Part shown: positions 48,139 to 57,900 of the stretch, in pieces
Layout of the letters: each line of letters begins with the position of its first letter
How positions within the stretch are numbered: position 1 is the stretch's first letter
From: Segatella copri
Lineage (GTDB): Bacteria > Bacillota > Negativicutes > Acidaminococcales > Acidaminococcaceae
Length of the DNA: 64,000 nucleotides
Assembly (NCBI GenBank): GCA_963597755.1
Contig: CAVBQX010000001.1
Location: 40,533-104,532, forward strand
Direction of reading: 5' to 3'
Made by a program: the position numbers and the translations under genes
Notes under the pieces: generated by a model
Database searches by the model: none
What the model saw: only the letters and a program-made list of their open reading frames with translations
Told to the model about the DNA's origin: nothing

Positions 48139-48546
48139 TTATTTCATTTTTGCAATTACATCGCTGGTAACATCGGTGCCGCCCTGAGGAACTGCACGTT
48201 TATCCAAAATTGCTCCCAGCTTCTTTTCATCAGCAACCTGCTTTAAAGCTGCATCCTGACTGGATTTCAGCTTGTTCATAGCCTCGCTTTGTACCAGCTT
48301 GGCCTTGGCAGCATAATCATCACTAATCTTTTTGGCCTCGTCACCGGTTTTACCTTCCAGTTCCTTATCCATTTCGGTTTTCAGCTCAGTCATCTTTTTG
48401 GTGAAATCCTCCTGGGTCTGCTTTACAACAGGTGCCTCAGCTTGAATTTTTTCCATATCTACAGTGCCAAAATCAGCATTACGTCCGCCACAGCCAAATG
48501 TAAGCATAGCTGCTGCAATCATCAAACCGGCAATAATCTTCTTCAT
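48139..48546 (-). CDS. OmpH/Skp-family protein, predicted lipoprotein
   Basis: Lipobox LTFGC; G.VD; C-terminal GG.DVT..VI. Confidence 0.8.
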   Translation of the reverse strand: MKKIIAGLMIAAAMLTFGCGGRNADFGTVDMEKIQAEAPVVKQTQEDFTKKMTELKTEMDKELEGKTGDEAKKISDDYAAKAKLVQSEAMNKLKSSQDAALKQVADEKKLGAILDKRAVPQGGTDVTSDVIAKMK

Positions 48547-48584
48547 GATTTGTATAACCTCACTTAAATTTTCTTATATTTAGC

Positions 48585-49508
48585 TTAAGACTGCACTTTC
48601 AGTGCCTTAATAATAGCATCAGTAATATCATCTGCTTTTATATTAGCCTTAAACTGATTAAAAATAATAGTATAACCATGCTCATGTGCCAGCTTTAAAG
48701 CCTGGCTTTCAATATCCTGGTTAATCTGCTTCTTCAAGCCTGCATTTTGTTCCTGCTGCTTGTCAATTTCCCTGTCCATAACGCTAAGTGCATTATCCAA
48801 CGCCTTAGGTGCTACCTCCAGCAGCTCCTTATCACGCTCATCCGGGGCTTTTAAGCGCTCCAAAGCCTGTGCATGATACTGCTCTGCCTTCTGACGCATT
48901 CTCTCTTCAGCCTGTGCCTTATAAGGGATGACCTTAGAAGCCACCAGCTGCTGCTTTTCTGCCTGCAGCTCTGCAATGCGGGCTCCACGCTCCTGCTGCA
49001 CAGATTTTAACTGCTCTTCAACAGCCTGGCGCTCCAACGGCTTCATCTTCACAGTCTCCAAAAGCGCACGCAGGTTAAAAATTTTGAGCTGATATGCATC
49101 CTCAACCTCTTTTTTTCGGCTGGCAAGCTGTGCATCAGCATCAGTCTCAGCTTGGGCAACAAACCTTTGCAGCTTGGCGTTTTCAACCTCACGCTGCTCT
49201 GCCATACGCGTATTAAAGTCTGCATCCATAAAGCTCTGCTGACTAATCTGGCGTAAGCTGCGTAACTTATTCAAGCTGCTTAGCTGCGCCTTAGCCAATT
49301 CCTCCTGGCTCTTGCGCTTGTTGAGCAAATCCTGCACAACCTTTTCTCCCTGCTCCAGCTTACTGTACTGCTGATGTGCCTTCACCGCCTGCTCCCAGTT
49401 AATGACAGCAATTTTATCCTGTTGTCCATGGATATTGGCATTGCACGCCGAAATCAGCAGGGCAGCTGCAATCATGGCACCAATTTTTCCCAGCTTATTC
49501 TTTTTCAC
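48585..49508 (-). CDS. Long OmpH/Skp-like coiled-coil protein, predicted lipoprotein
   Basis: GTG start after GGAGG; lipobox LISAC; IAVINW; C-terminal GY.IIF..DIT..I. Confidence 0.72.
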   Translation of the reverse strand: MKKNKLGKIGAMIAAALLISACNANIHGQQDKIAVINWEQAVKAHQQYSKLEQGEKVVQDLLNKRKSQEELAKAQLSSLNKLRSLRQISQQSFMDADFNTRMAEQREVENAKLQRFVAQAETDADAQLASRKKEVEDAYQLKIFNLRALLETVKMKPLERQAVEEQLKSVQQERGARIAELQAEKQQLVASKVIPYKAQAEERMRQKAEQYHAQALERLKAPDERDKELLEVAPKALDNALSVMDREIDKQQEQNAGLKKQINQDIESQALKLAHEHGYTIIFNQFKANIKADDITDAIIKALKVQS

Positions 49509-49552
49509 GCATGCCTCCATCTGTAAACTTCTACAACAGCTAATCGCAAACT

Positions 49553-49762
49553 GCAACAAGCAATTTGCTTATTCTCAAGCAACAATCAGGACAATTTTAG
49601 CGAGCAACAGAATCAACGGCAACATGGCAAAGGACACATGTGAGCTCATAAGTCCAGTCTACAAGTATACACATACATGCGAAGATATGTGGACTGCCAT
49701 GTTGCCATACATGCGAGCGGCCAAAATTGTCCGTTGCAGAGAATAACAAATTGCTCTATTGC
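49553..49762 (-). ncRNA. Candidate structured RNA element (long bulged hairpin), class unknown
   Basis: Nested complementary segments AGCAATTTG/CAAATTGCT, TTATTCTC/GAGAATAA, GGACAATTTT/AAAATTGTCC, GGCAACATGGCA/TGCCATGTTGCC, AGTCCA/TGGACT. Confidence 0.5.
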
Positions 49763-49792
49763 CTGCCTAAACCAGTACTAACGCGTAAAATC

Positions 49793-50281
49793 TTATTTAG
49801 AAGCAGGCTGCATAGCCTTTGCAACCTCATCGGTAATATCTACACCGCCATAAACAACGGTGTTCTTATCAACAACTACAGACAAGCCTTTTTTATCAGC
49901 AACCTTTTTAATACTTGCTTCAATGCTCTTGAGTACCGGATCCATAAGCTCTTTTTGCTTGTTAGCCAAACGCTCCTGGATTTGGGTGTAATACTTTCTT
50001 TTTTCAGCATCATTCATGCTCTTGCTCTTCTCATTGAAGTCTTCCTGTGCTGCCTTGATTTCCTTGTTCATAGCCTCATTAACAGTCTGTAAATCCGGGC
50101 TTTGGGAAACCAAAATTTGGTAGTTAACTACGCCGATTGCAGATTCACTGGAAGCTGCCATAGCATTTTTGCCAAAACCGCTTTGCGTTACCGAAAGTGC
50201 AAAGCAGCCAAGCACAAAGATAGCCGCAATCAACAAAGAAATTACCTTAACATTTTTAGGATTACGCAATTGCTGCATCAT
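49793..50281 (-). CDS. skp: OmpH/Skp periplasmic chaperone
   Basis: IGVVNY, VA..KGLSVVVDK..V.YGGVDITDEV. Confidence 0.88.
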   Translation of the reverse strand: MMQQLRNPKNVKVISLLIAAIFVLGCFALSVTQSGFGKNAMAASSESAIGVVNYQILVSQSPDLQTVNEAMNKEIKAAQEDFNEKSKSMNDAEKRKYYTQIQERLANKQKELMDPVLKSIEASIKKVADKKGLSVVVDKNTVVYGGVDITDEVAKAMQPASK

Positions 50282-50372
50282 AATCTAAATCCCTGCTTTC
50301 TTTTTCTCATACAATTTGCTGGTAGTGCCAAAAGCACAAAGCTTAGCACGCCCACCACAACAAATATATCTT

Positions 50373-50401
50373 ATTATATCAGTCTAAGCCAATTCTTTCA
50401 A
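50373..50401 (-). promoter_or_regulatory. sigmaA promoter for the skp genes
   Basis: TTGAAA-17 bp-TATAAT. Confidence 0.65.
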
Positions 50402-50407
50402 GAATTG

Positions 50408-51679
50408 CTATAGATTTCCTATGATCCGCAAATAGAATTCGTCACCGCCATAAACATATTCTGCACTCAAAAATTCATGAATGCGATAGCGCACACCAAA
50501 TTCATTGCGGTCATCGCCTGAAAAATGCTCTGCCCGCAAGCGCCACTTAGGACTCAAATTATATTCCAGACGGTAATCATTATCACCAATTGGCATACGT
50601 CGTACGTAACTCCAGCTACTCTTGCCCCAATAACGGGTATAGCCAAGACCAAAGCGCCACTCAACGTCGTCTAAAATAACCTCTCCTTCGCCAAACACCT
50701 CATCACGCACAGAAATCAGCTTGCCTATGTGTGCCTTACCGGAAAGGTTATCCTTGTCGCGACCGATATCACCATAACCCTCAAACCACAGCTTGTAGTC
50801 ATCAGAATTAATCATTATGTTTACACCCAAATCAGCTCCGGGCGTTAGCTTGACATCTGGCTGCAGGTTAAAGCGACGCACTTCAGGCTCAGCCAAAAGC
50901 TTTGCCTTAAGCTGCTCTTCCAGCTCCTCGCGATGACGCTGCACATAGGCTACAGGCAGTCCGCGCAGCTTGTCACATTCTGCACTGTATTTGTATTTTA
51001 GCTGCATCAAAAGGATATTAGGGATGGCTTCGCTACGTAGCTCATATTTGATGTTACGCACCAGCTGACCCACAGGATAAATAACTACCTGCACCACCGT
51101 GCTGCCGTTTTCCTGCAGTACATCCACTGCCGGCTTGAATTCAGGTAATTGCTGCTGTACCTGGCTACGCACCATTTTGCGCAGCACACCGCCAGCCCAA
51201 TCACCGGCATCTACCGAGGCACCGCTAATAGCAGCCTTCAATATTTCCTGCAGCTGTGGCACCCGCTGCTCTAGAAGTGCTGCTGTTTGTGGCTCTACAC
51301 CCGAAAACTGCATATCAATTACCGGCTCCTTGATGACGCTACTCCAAGGGCGGGCATAAAGCTTTATCTGCGTAGTACTGCCTATGTCCAAAGCTACATC
51401 CGTCAACTCATAGCCTGTAAATACACGATCACCGATTTCCGTCAGCAGGCGGACATAATCTTCCTTGGCTACATTTATGCTCTCAGCGTCCTTATCTACA
51501 AAAAGCTGATCTGCAACCACTTGCATACTGCTGCTCATTTTTTGCAGCAGCACATCACTCGTGCCTCCATTTGTATCTATCACCTGCACCGCCACTTCAT
51601 TAATGGGGGCAGAAAAAGCATGCTGCAATGGCAAGATGCTTGTCATTGCAGCACAGAGTAAAATCTTATTAAGCCTCAT
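50408..51679 (-). CDS. Exported hypothetical protein with a beta-strand-rich C-terminus
   Basis: Signal peptide; C-terminal ~130 aa of amphipathic, aromatic-rich strands; between bamA and skp. Confidence 0.75.
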   Translation of the reverse strand: MRLNKILLCAAMTSILPLQHAFSAPINEVAVQVIDTNGGTSDVLLQKMSSSMQVVADQLFVDKDAESINVAKEDYVRLLTEIGDRVFTGYELTDVALDIGSTTQIKLYARPWSSVIKEPVIDMQFSGVEPQTAALLEQRVPQLQEILKAAISGASVDAGDWAGGVLRKMVRSQVQQQLPEFKPAVDVLQENGSTVVQVVIYPVGQLVRNIKYELRSEAIPNILLMQLKYKYSAECDKLRGLPVAYVQRHREELEEQLKAKLLAEPEVRRFNLQPDVKLTPGADLGVNIMINSDDYKLWFEGYGDIGRDKDNLSGKAHIGKLISVRDEVFGEGEVILDDVEWRFGLGYTRYWGKSSWSYVRRMPIGDNDYRLEYNLSPKWRLRAEHFSGDDRNEFGVRYRIHEFLSAEYVYGGDEFYLRIIGNL

Positions 51680-51700
51680 AGCCTAGCTTACTCCGGAAAA

Positions 51701-53593
51701 TTAGAACTGGCCACCAAAGCTGAAGTGGAACTTGCCACCATCTTCGCCATAGCCATAATCCAGCTTAACAGGACCCAAAGGCGAATTAATGCGCAGGCCT
51801 ACGCCGTAGCTGTTCTTGATCAAACCAAGATCAAAGGCATCCTCGTGACGTTTATCCCAAGCATAACCATTATCGGTAAAGAGCACGCCCTGCACCTTCT
51901 TAACGATGGGGAAACGATATTCAAGAGTTGCCTTGAGCATACTGTTGCCACGGAACTGGTCATCCTCATAGCCACGCAATGTGTCGCTGCCGCCCATGGT
52001 AAAACGCTGAGATAACGGCATGCTGCCGCTGGCATAGCCTGCACCCAAATTCAAAGCCCAAACGTTTTCACCGCCTGCACGGTAATAGTAGCGCCAGTCT
52101 GCAGTCCACTTGGTAAAATCAAAGTCGCCGCCCAAGCCGCCGGCCCACTCTACGCTGTAGCCGATGCGCTTGCCTTCATGCGGATCATAGACGTTATCAC
52201 GCGAATCATAGACACGGCCGAAAGTAATGCTGCGGGTAGTACCAAAGTTTTCCTTACGACGATCCAGATAGTTTTCCGGCATCCACTCGGGATGATACTT
52301 GCTTGTATTATTGTTAAACTGCGGCTCGTAATATTGATCAACATCGCCCTCGTAGCCATCAGCCTCGCCCTTATAGATATCATCACGGTTCTTAATAGTG
52401 ATATAGTTGCTGATAAATTCGTTATTAGTCTTGCGGCTGAAGGTCAACTCCTGCCCACGGCGTTTTTTGTCGTAGCGGGCGATTTCGTCGCCATCAATGT
52501 TATAGTCAGCATATTCATTGGTAATATCATACAAATTCAGTGTTGCGCTGGTTTCCTTGCTGTCAATCCAGGGGCGGGTATAGCTAAAGTCATAGTTTTT
52601 ATTATCCTCGCCGCCAAATTCCCAGCGGATATTGATCTTGTCGCCAATGCCACGGAAGTTTTTATCACCGATAGAAATCATACCGACAAAGCCATCAGCA
52701 TTGCTGTAGCCTGCGCCGATACCAAAGGTACCAGTGTTCATTTCGATAACACTGATCTCAACCTCAACACCATTCGGCTCACGGCCAGGATTCAGCTTAA
52801 TATTGACATCTTCAAAATAACCCAGGTTATATACGCGCTGCATGCTACGGCGTGCTGCTTTAGCGTTAAAAGGCTCACCCTTCTTCAGCTTCATCTCGCG
52901 GGTAATAACATAATCCTTCGTCTTAACGTTGCCTTTAACCTTAAAGCCTTCAACAATGCCCTCATTGACAGCAACCTTCAGCGTGCCATCCTGTTCCATG
53001 TGTACATCGCTTACACGTGCCAGAATATAGCCATTGGCGCGGTATTCCTCTTCCAACTTCTGTACGCATTTATTTATATCCTTAAGATTGGCAATCTTAC
53101 CGGCTTCCAAATCAAAAAGACCAGCTACCTTCTTTTTATCCAACACGGTGTTACCTTCAACCTCTGTTTGTTTATAAACAGGGTTTTCCAGCACATGATA
53201 AATCACCTGCACACCCTCAGGTACCAGCTTGAACTCCGGGTGCAGGTCATAAAACCAACCCATATCATAAATTGCGCTCAAATCCTCAGAAAGTCCAGCT
53301 TCAGTAAACTCCATTCCGGGCTTTGTCTTGAGCACGGCAGTGATCTGCTCGGTTGGAACAGTTGTATTGCCTTCAATAATCTGCTTCGTAATGGTTTTTC
53401 CAAGATAGGGAGCAAGCCTGTTTTCTTCTCTTTGCTCCGGTACAGTCTGCGCTACAGAGGTATCAGCACCCGCAACAGGTGTCTGGTCATTTTCTGCATA
53501 AACAGGTGCTGCTAAAAGCATTGCTGCCAAGCCAACTGTCAGCGGGCGCCACAAACTTCTCTTTTTCAATGGATATTCCTCCTTGTAATTCAT
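51701..53593 (-). CDS. bamA: Omp85/BamA outer-membrane assembly factor
   Basis: About three POTRA repeats (GN, GY/GWF), LRGY loop, SPLGPVKLDY, terminal F. Confidence 0.92.
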   Translation of the reverse strand: MNYKEEYPLKKRSLWRPLTVGLAAMLLAAPVYAENDQTPVAGADTSVAQTVPEQREENRLAPYLGKTITKQIIEGNTTVPTEQITAVLKTKPGMEFTEAGLSEDLSAIYDMGWFYDLHPEFKLVPEGVQVIYHVLENPVYKQTEVEGNTVLDKKKVAGLFDLEAGKIANLKDINKCVQKLEEEYRANGYILARVSDVHMEQDGTLKVAVNEGIVEGFKVKGNVKTKDYVITREMKLKKGEPFNAKAARRSMQRVYNLGYFEDVNIKLNPGREPNGVEVEISVIEMNTGTFGIGAGYSNADGFVGMISIGDKNFRGIGDKINIRWEFGGEDNKNYDFSYTRPWIDSKETSATLNLYDITNEYADYNIDGDEIARYDKKRRGQELTFSRKTNNEFISNYITIKNRDDIYKGEADGYEGDVDQYYEPQFNNNTSKYHPEWMPENYLDRRKENFGTTRSITFGRVYDSRDNVYDPHEGKRIGYSVEWAGGLGGDFDFTKWTADWRYYYRAGGENVWALNLGAGYASGSMPLSQRFTMGGSDTLRGYEDDQFRGNSMLKATLEYRFPIVKKVQGVLFTDNGYAWDKRHEDAFDLGLIKNSYGVGLRINSPLGPVKLDYGYGEDGGKFHFSFGGQF

Positions 53594-54090
53594 TTTGAGT
53601 TACTCAATTCAACTCGCGCTGACTGCACTAATCTGTGCATATCGGCTTTAGATATATTAACACGGTCCGTAGTCGCTTGCTTTTCAGGGACCGGTATATC
53701 CTGTGTCGTTTTTTGTTTAGGCAGCTGTTCCGCCTTCTTCATAGCTGATGCAGCAGTCACAGCAGCTTTCTGCGGCACATTCACTACCGCTGTCTGCACA
53801 GCTGCAGGCACCGCGGTTCTACTCTTGTTACGATAATGGTCCTTGGCACAATACCAACCACCAAAACCAGCCAAAACCAGTAGCATAGCGGCACAACCTG
53901 CTAAAACTTGGCGGTTCCAACTCCAAGGGCGGTCCTTTTTACGGCGCAAATTTTTCAGTTCGGCTTCTGCCAACATCAAATCCAGCTCGCCCCTTATGTC
54001 CTTATTGTCCATAAAGCTCTGCTCCGCATTATCCAAGCTGCTTTTTATGCAACGGATACGCTGAAACAATGTGCGGCTCGTCTGCGTCAT
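53590..54090 (-). CDS. Single-pass membrane hypothetical protein
   Basis: GGGGG RBS; helical N-terminus, one TM, Ala/Pro-rich tail; ATGA overlap with bamA. Confidence 0.75.
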   Translation of the reverse strand: MTQTSRTLFQRIRCIKSSLDNAEQSFMDNKDIRGELDLMLAEAELKNLRRKKDRPWSWNRQVLAGCAAMLLVLAGFGGWYCAKDHYRNKSRTAVPAAVQTAVVNVPQKAAVTAASAMKKAEQLPKQKTTQDIPVPEKQATTDRVNISKADMHRLVQSARVELSNSK

Positions 54091-54270
54091 ACCTTAACCC
54101 CCTTCTGTGCATATTATTTATCTATAAATAACTACGCTTTCTATAATCACATACCGCTGCAATTTTTCACCAGCCATATAGCATGATTATAGCAGATTTA
54201 GTAAAGTTAACTATTGTTTTCTTTATTTTTCACTATTGATTAACATGAATTTCTTATTTATATTTTGCAC

Positions 54271-54906
54271 TCATCCGTTATTAAAATCGTGGATAAAGCG
54301 CGACAACATACCACGGATACGGCGTACTCCCTGCTTCTGCAAACGATATACATGTCCAAGGCTCACGTCAATAGCATCGGCCACAGCCTGTGCTGGTCTA
54401 TCCTCCAGGTACATTCCCTGCAAAACCTGCTGCTCCTTGACCGGTAGGCGGTGCATTGCCTGCGCCACCTTTTCCTTCAACAGATTCTGCTCCGTCAGCT
54501 CGGTAGGTGATGCCTGCACTGACGGCAGTGCATCACTGAGCGTAAAGCCCTGCGTAAGCTCACTGTCTAAGTACAGCATCCCACTACCATTACAATGCCG
54601 CAGATAATCTACCATGCTTCCCTTTATACGAAAGGAGGCAAACAAACTAAAAGCCACCTGGCGTTTATAATCATAGGTTTCAGCAGCCTCTAAAAGACCC
54701 ACCATCCCCTCCTGGATAAGCTCCATCGTTTCGCTCTCTCCCAGCCTAAAGCTGGAAGCAATTTTAAAAACCAACGGCTGGTACGCCGTCATCAAACGTT
54801 GATGCGCCTCCAGGTCGCCAGCTTCTGACCGTTGCCAAAGCTCCAGCTCCTCTGCCGGCTCCAAAAGCGGCGTTTTTCGTAATTCCTCCAGATAGCTTTG
54901 CAGCAT
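54271..54906 (-). CDS. Alternative sigma-70 family RNA polymerase sigma factor
   Basis: Region 1.2 (YLEEL...LL...EE), region 2 (ELIQEG.VGL..A...YD..R...FS.FA..RI.G), region 4 HTH. Confidence 0.9.
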   Translation of the reverse strand: MLQSYLEELRKTPLLEPAEELELWQRSEAGDLEAHQRLMTAYQPLVFKIASSFRLGESETMELIQEGMVGLLEAAETYDYKRQVAFSLFASFRIKGSMVDYLRHCNGSGMLYLDSELTQGFTLSDALPSVQASPTELTEQNLLKEKVAQAMHRLPVKEQQVLQGMYLEDRPAQAVADAIDVSLGHVYRLQKQGVRRIRGMLSRFIHDFNNG

Positions 54907-54929
54907 GCCCGCACCTCCTTTCTAAAATG

Positions 54930-57900
54930 TTAAAACGAAATCTTATACTCAAGCCCGTACCAATCCTTAGGATCCTTAGACAGGTCGTAGCTACGTGAAT
55001 AGGTTAAATTCATATGCTTACTAATATCGTACTGCCCAAAGATGCTTCTGTCAACAGCATCAAAGCTTGTAGTATATCCTAGCATGAAATTATTATTCAG
55101 ATATTTGCTTACTAGAACATTATACTGGTTTTTCTCATCTGCCGTCAACTCACGATTTCGGTCATGCGCGCTTTCAAAGCCTATACCGGAACGTGTCTTG
55201 CCTGTATAGATGCGGAACTGGTCAAGTCCAAGCGTCTGTTTAATAAACATCTCCACATCACCAAGCACCGTCATTTGCAATCCTACTGTCATCAGATTAG
55301 CCATATCATCGCTTGTAACCTCGTTGCTGCCGGCACTTTCACGCTGCAGGGTGAGCATACGCACAATGGTATTTCTTTCCAAAGGCGGATCACTGGTAAG
55401 CTGCAGCTCCATGCTATCACTTACAGGACCATTTATCTTCATAAAGATATTGTAACGACTAAAACGGGCTGTACTTTCCAAGTTAACATTCGGCAGGAAG
55501 GTTCCAAGGTCAACCCATACCAAACCGGCCTTGTTAATCTTAAAGTCCGTACGCAGATATTTAACTGTACCCTTGTCCGCCTTAATCGTACCGTCAATCA
55601 CGGGGAAAAGTGTACTACCCTTGATATCAATGGCACCCTTCAGCCAGATATCATACAAATAACTGTTGTACAAATGAATCTTTGGTCCCAGCTCCAGCTT
55701 CAAATCCATGCCGATGTTGCTTTCACCCTCACCCATTTCGGGGATGGTGGGCATATTCACAAGTACATCGTCCAAGCGGACACTGCCCTTGATTTGCGGC
55801 CTGTATTCCTCAGGAGGAGGTGTATTACCCTTTGCCTTACGCATATCGCGATACTTTTCAGGCGTAATGGTGAGCTCACTGGTTATCGTACCCGTGAACA
55901 GCTGCGATGCGATCTGTGCCTTATCTGCCTTCAAATGCAGGCTGTAGGCTGTATCCAGGCCGGTGTGCAGCGCATAGCTGCCATCAGCACTAAAGGTTCC
56001 CTTACCCAGCTTGGTAGAAAGATTTTTGAGCTGTACAGTATTGCCGTTAAAGAGTACGTCTAGATTGATATCGTCCAAAACAGTGCTGACATTCTTTATC
56101 TTTACACTGCCACCGGCGATTTGTATAGAACCAAAGAGCAGTGGTTCCTCCAGCGTACCGGCCAGACGTACCTTACCCTGGGTATCACCGACGCCCCACT
56201 CCACCATCTTGGTAAGAGCAGGTAAAATTCCCAAGCGTGCCTTATCCAGATCCATCACTATATTCATCTGTGCATTAGGATTACGGCGTTCTGCCTTGCT
56301 GCGGAACAAATCCAGCGGAATATCACCGGAAGCACTCACACCATAGGCATCCTTAGTAGCAATCAGCTGCTGCAGCTTGATATTATCATCAGACAGAGAC
56401 AATAATGCTGTCAAACTGTCCATGCTGACGCCTGCAACAGAGCCATTAGTTATTTCCAGCGACGCAGTACCCTCAGGGTTGGCAAAGCTACCCTTAACCT
56501 GCACCAGCATATCAGTTTCACCCTTAATCTCCGGAGGATTTTTCATAACAGCTGTAACTATAGCCGGGTTGGCCTTCACTGCCGCCAGCTCCAGCTCCAG
56601 TTGCTTTTTAACCATATCCACCCAGCCGTCCACAGCAATGATACCCTTATCCTCTACACCATCCTGCTCCTGCAGCCTTACATTGTCAAAATGCAATACG
56701 CCGCCCTTGTCTATGCTGCCTTCAAACTTCATATGCGCATAATTCAAGTCATGAATTTTCACATCATCAGCCGAAGCCGTAATTTTGACGCCATTGCCAC
56801 GGCCATTATAGCTGAAGTGCAGTTGTCCCTGCATCTGCCCGTTGATATCATAATCCATACGTGCCATACGCAAAAGACCGCCAATATCACCCCAAATATT
56901 TTCCACCTTACCTTCAACATAACGCTCTGTCAAATTGATGTTAACGTCAGCACTATAAAGGCCATAATTAATAGGATCATCACGGTATGGCTGTTTAAAC
57001 GAAGCATTAAGCTTATTTACATCACGGCCGTTGCTTGCCAGTGTACCCTGCAACTCCGTAAGTGCTTCGCCATTAACTGTAATTTTATCGCTGCTCACAT
57101 CACCATCAAAATAAGGAGCTGTCAGAGTACCACTCACATGACCCTTAGCATTAATTTTGCCCGTCAGCAGAACTGTATCATCATTAAGCGGCAAATGTGC
57201 CAAATCCACATTCTTAGCATCCATAACAAAATTCAGCTTACTATCTGCAGTCATCGTGCCATCCAGTGTCAGGCGGCCATAGAACGCATCCACTACAAAA
57301 TTCTCCAGACGCAACAGTCCGTCATCATAGGTATAACGGCCATTTATCTCATTAAAGAGCTGTTTGGCAGCACTGCCGTCAGAAGCATGAATTTCACCGG
57401 ACACAGATGGATGTGACAAGGTTCCCCGCAGCGTCACAACATTATCCATGTTGCCTGTTACCATATCTGCCTGTCCTACAAGTGCCATCAACGGCTCAAT
57501 GCGGACGCCGCTTGTTTCCAGCGTCAGGTCAGCCACAGGCTCTGCCCCCTGCAAGTTAAGCGTACCATTAAGGATATGCCTGCCCTGATCCATGTTGGCA
57601 ATGAAGTCCTTAAAGCTTAAAACATTATTTTTCAAGCTGATAAGACCATGTGCTTCGTTCAGCTTCTGTGAAAGGTACTGCACCTTTGTCAGCTGCACCA
57701 TACCGCTAAACTCTGGTGCGTCCAAGGTTCCACCCACAGTAAAGCCAGTAGAGCACAGGCCGCTCCCCTCCTGTCCTGCTACATCCAGCAACGGATCAAT
57801 TGGGAAATCTGCCATACGGCCTTTAAGTTTAAGACTGCCATCTGTGCCCACGGTGCCTTTTGCTGCTAAGGTGCCGTTTTCAGCAGCAAAAACACTAAAA

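Noticed and set aside
49624..49746. 40-aa plus-strand ORF inside the long hairpin as a type I toxin
   Set aside because: No RBS and not hydrophobic; the 17-aa minus-strand ORF is also unsupported.
50343..50349. TTAGCAC as a CIRCE element
   Set aside because: Only a partial half-site; the matching GAGTGCTAA arm is missing.
52178..53515. 445-aa plus-strand ORF antisense to bamA
   Set aside because: Fully overlaps a clear gene, has no motifs or RBS, and is the kind of shadow ORF produced by codon bias.
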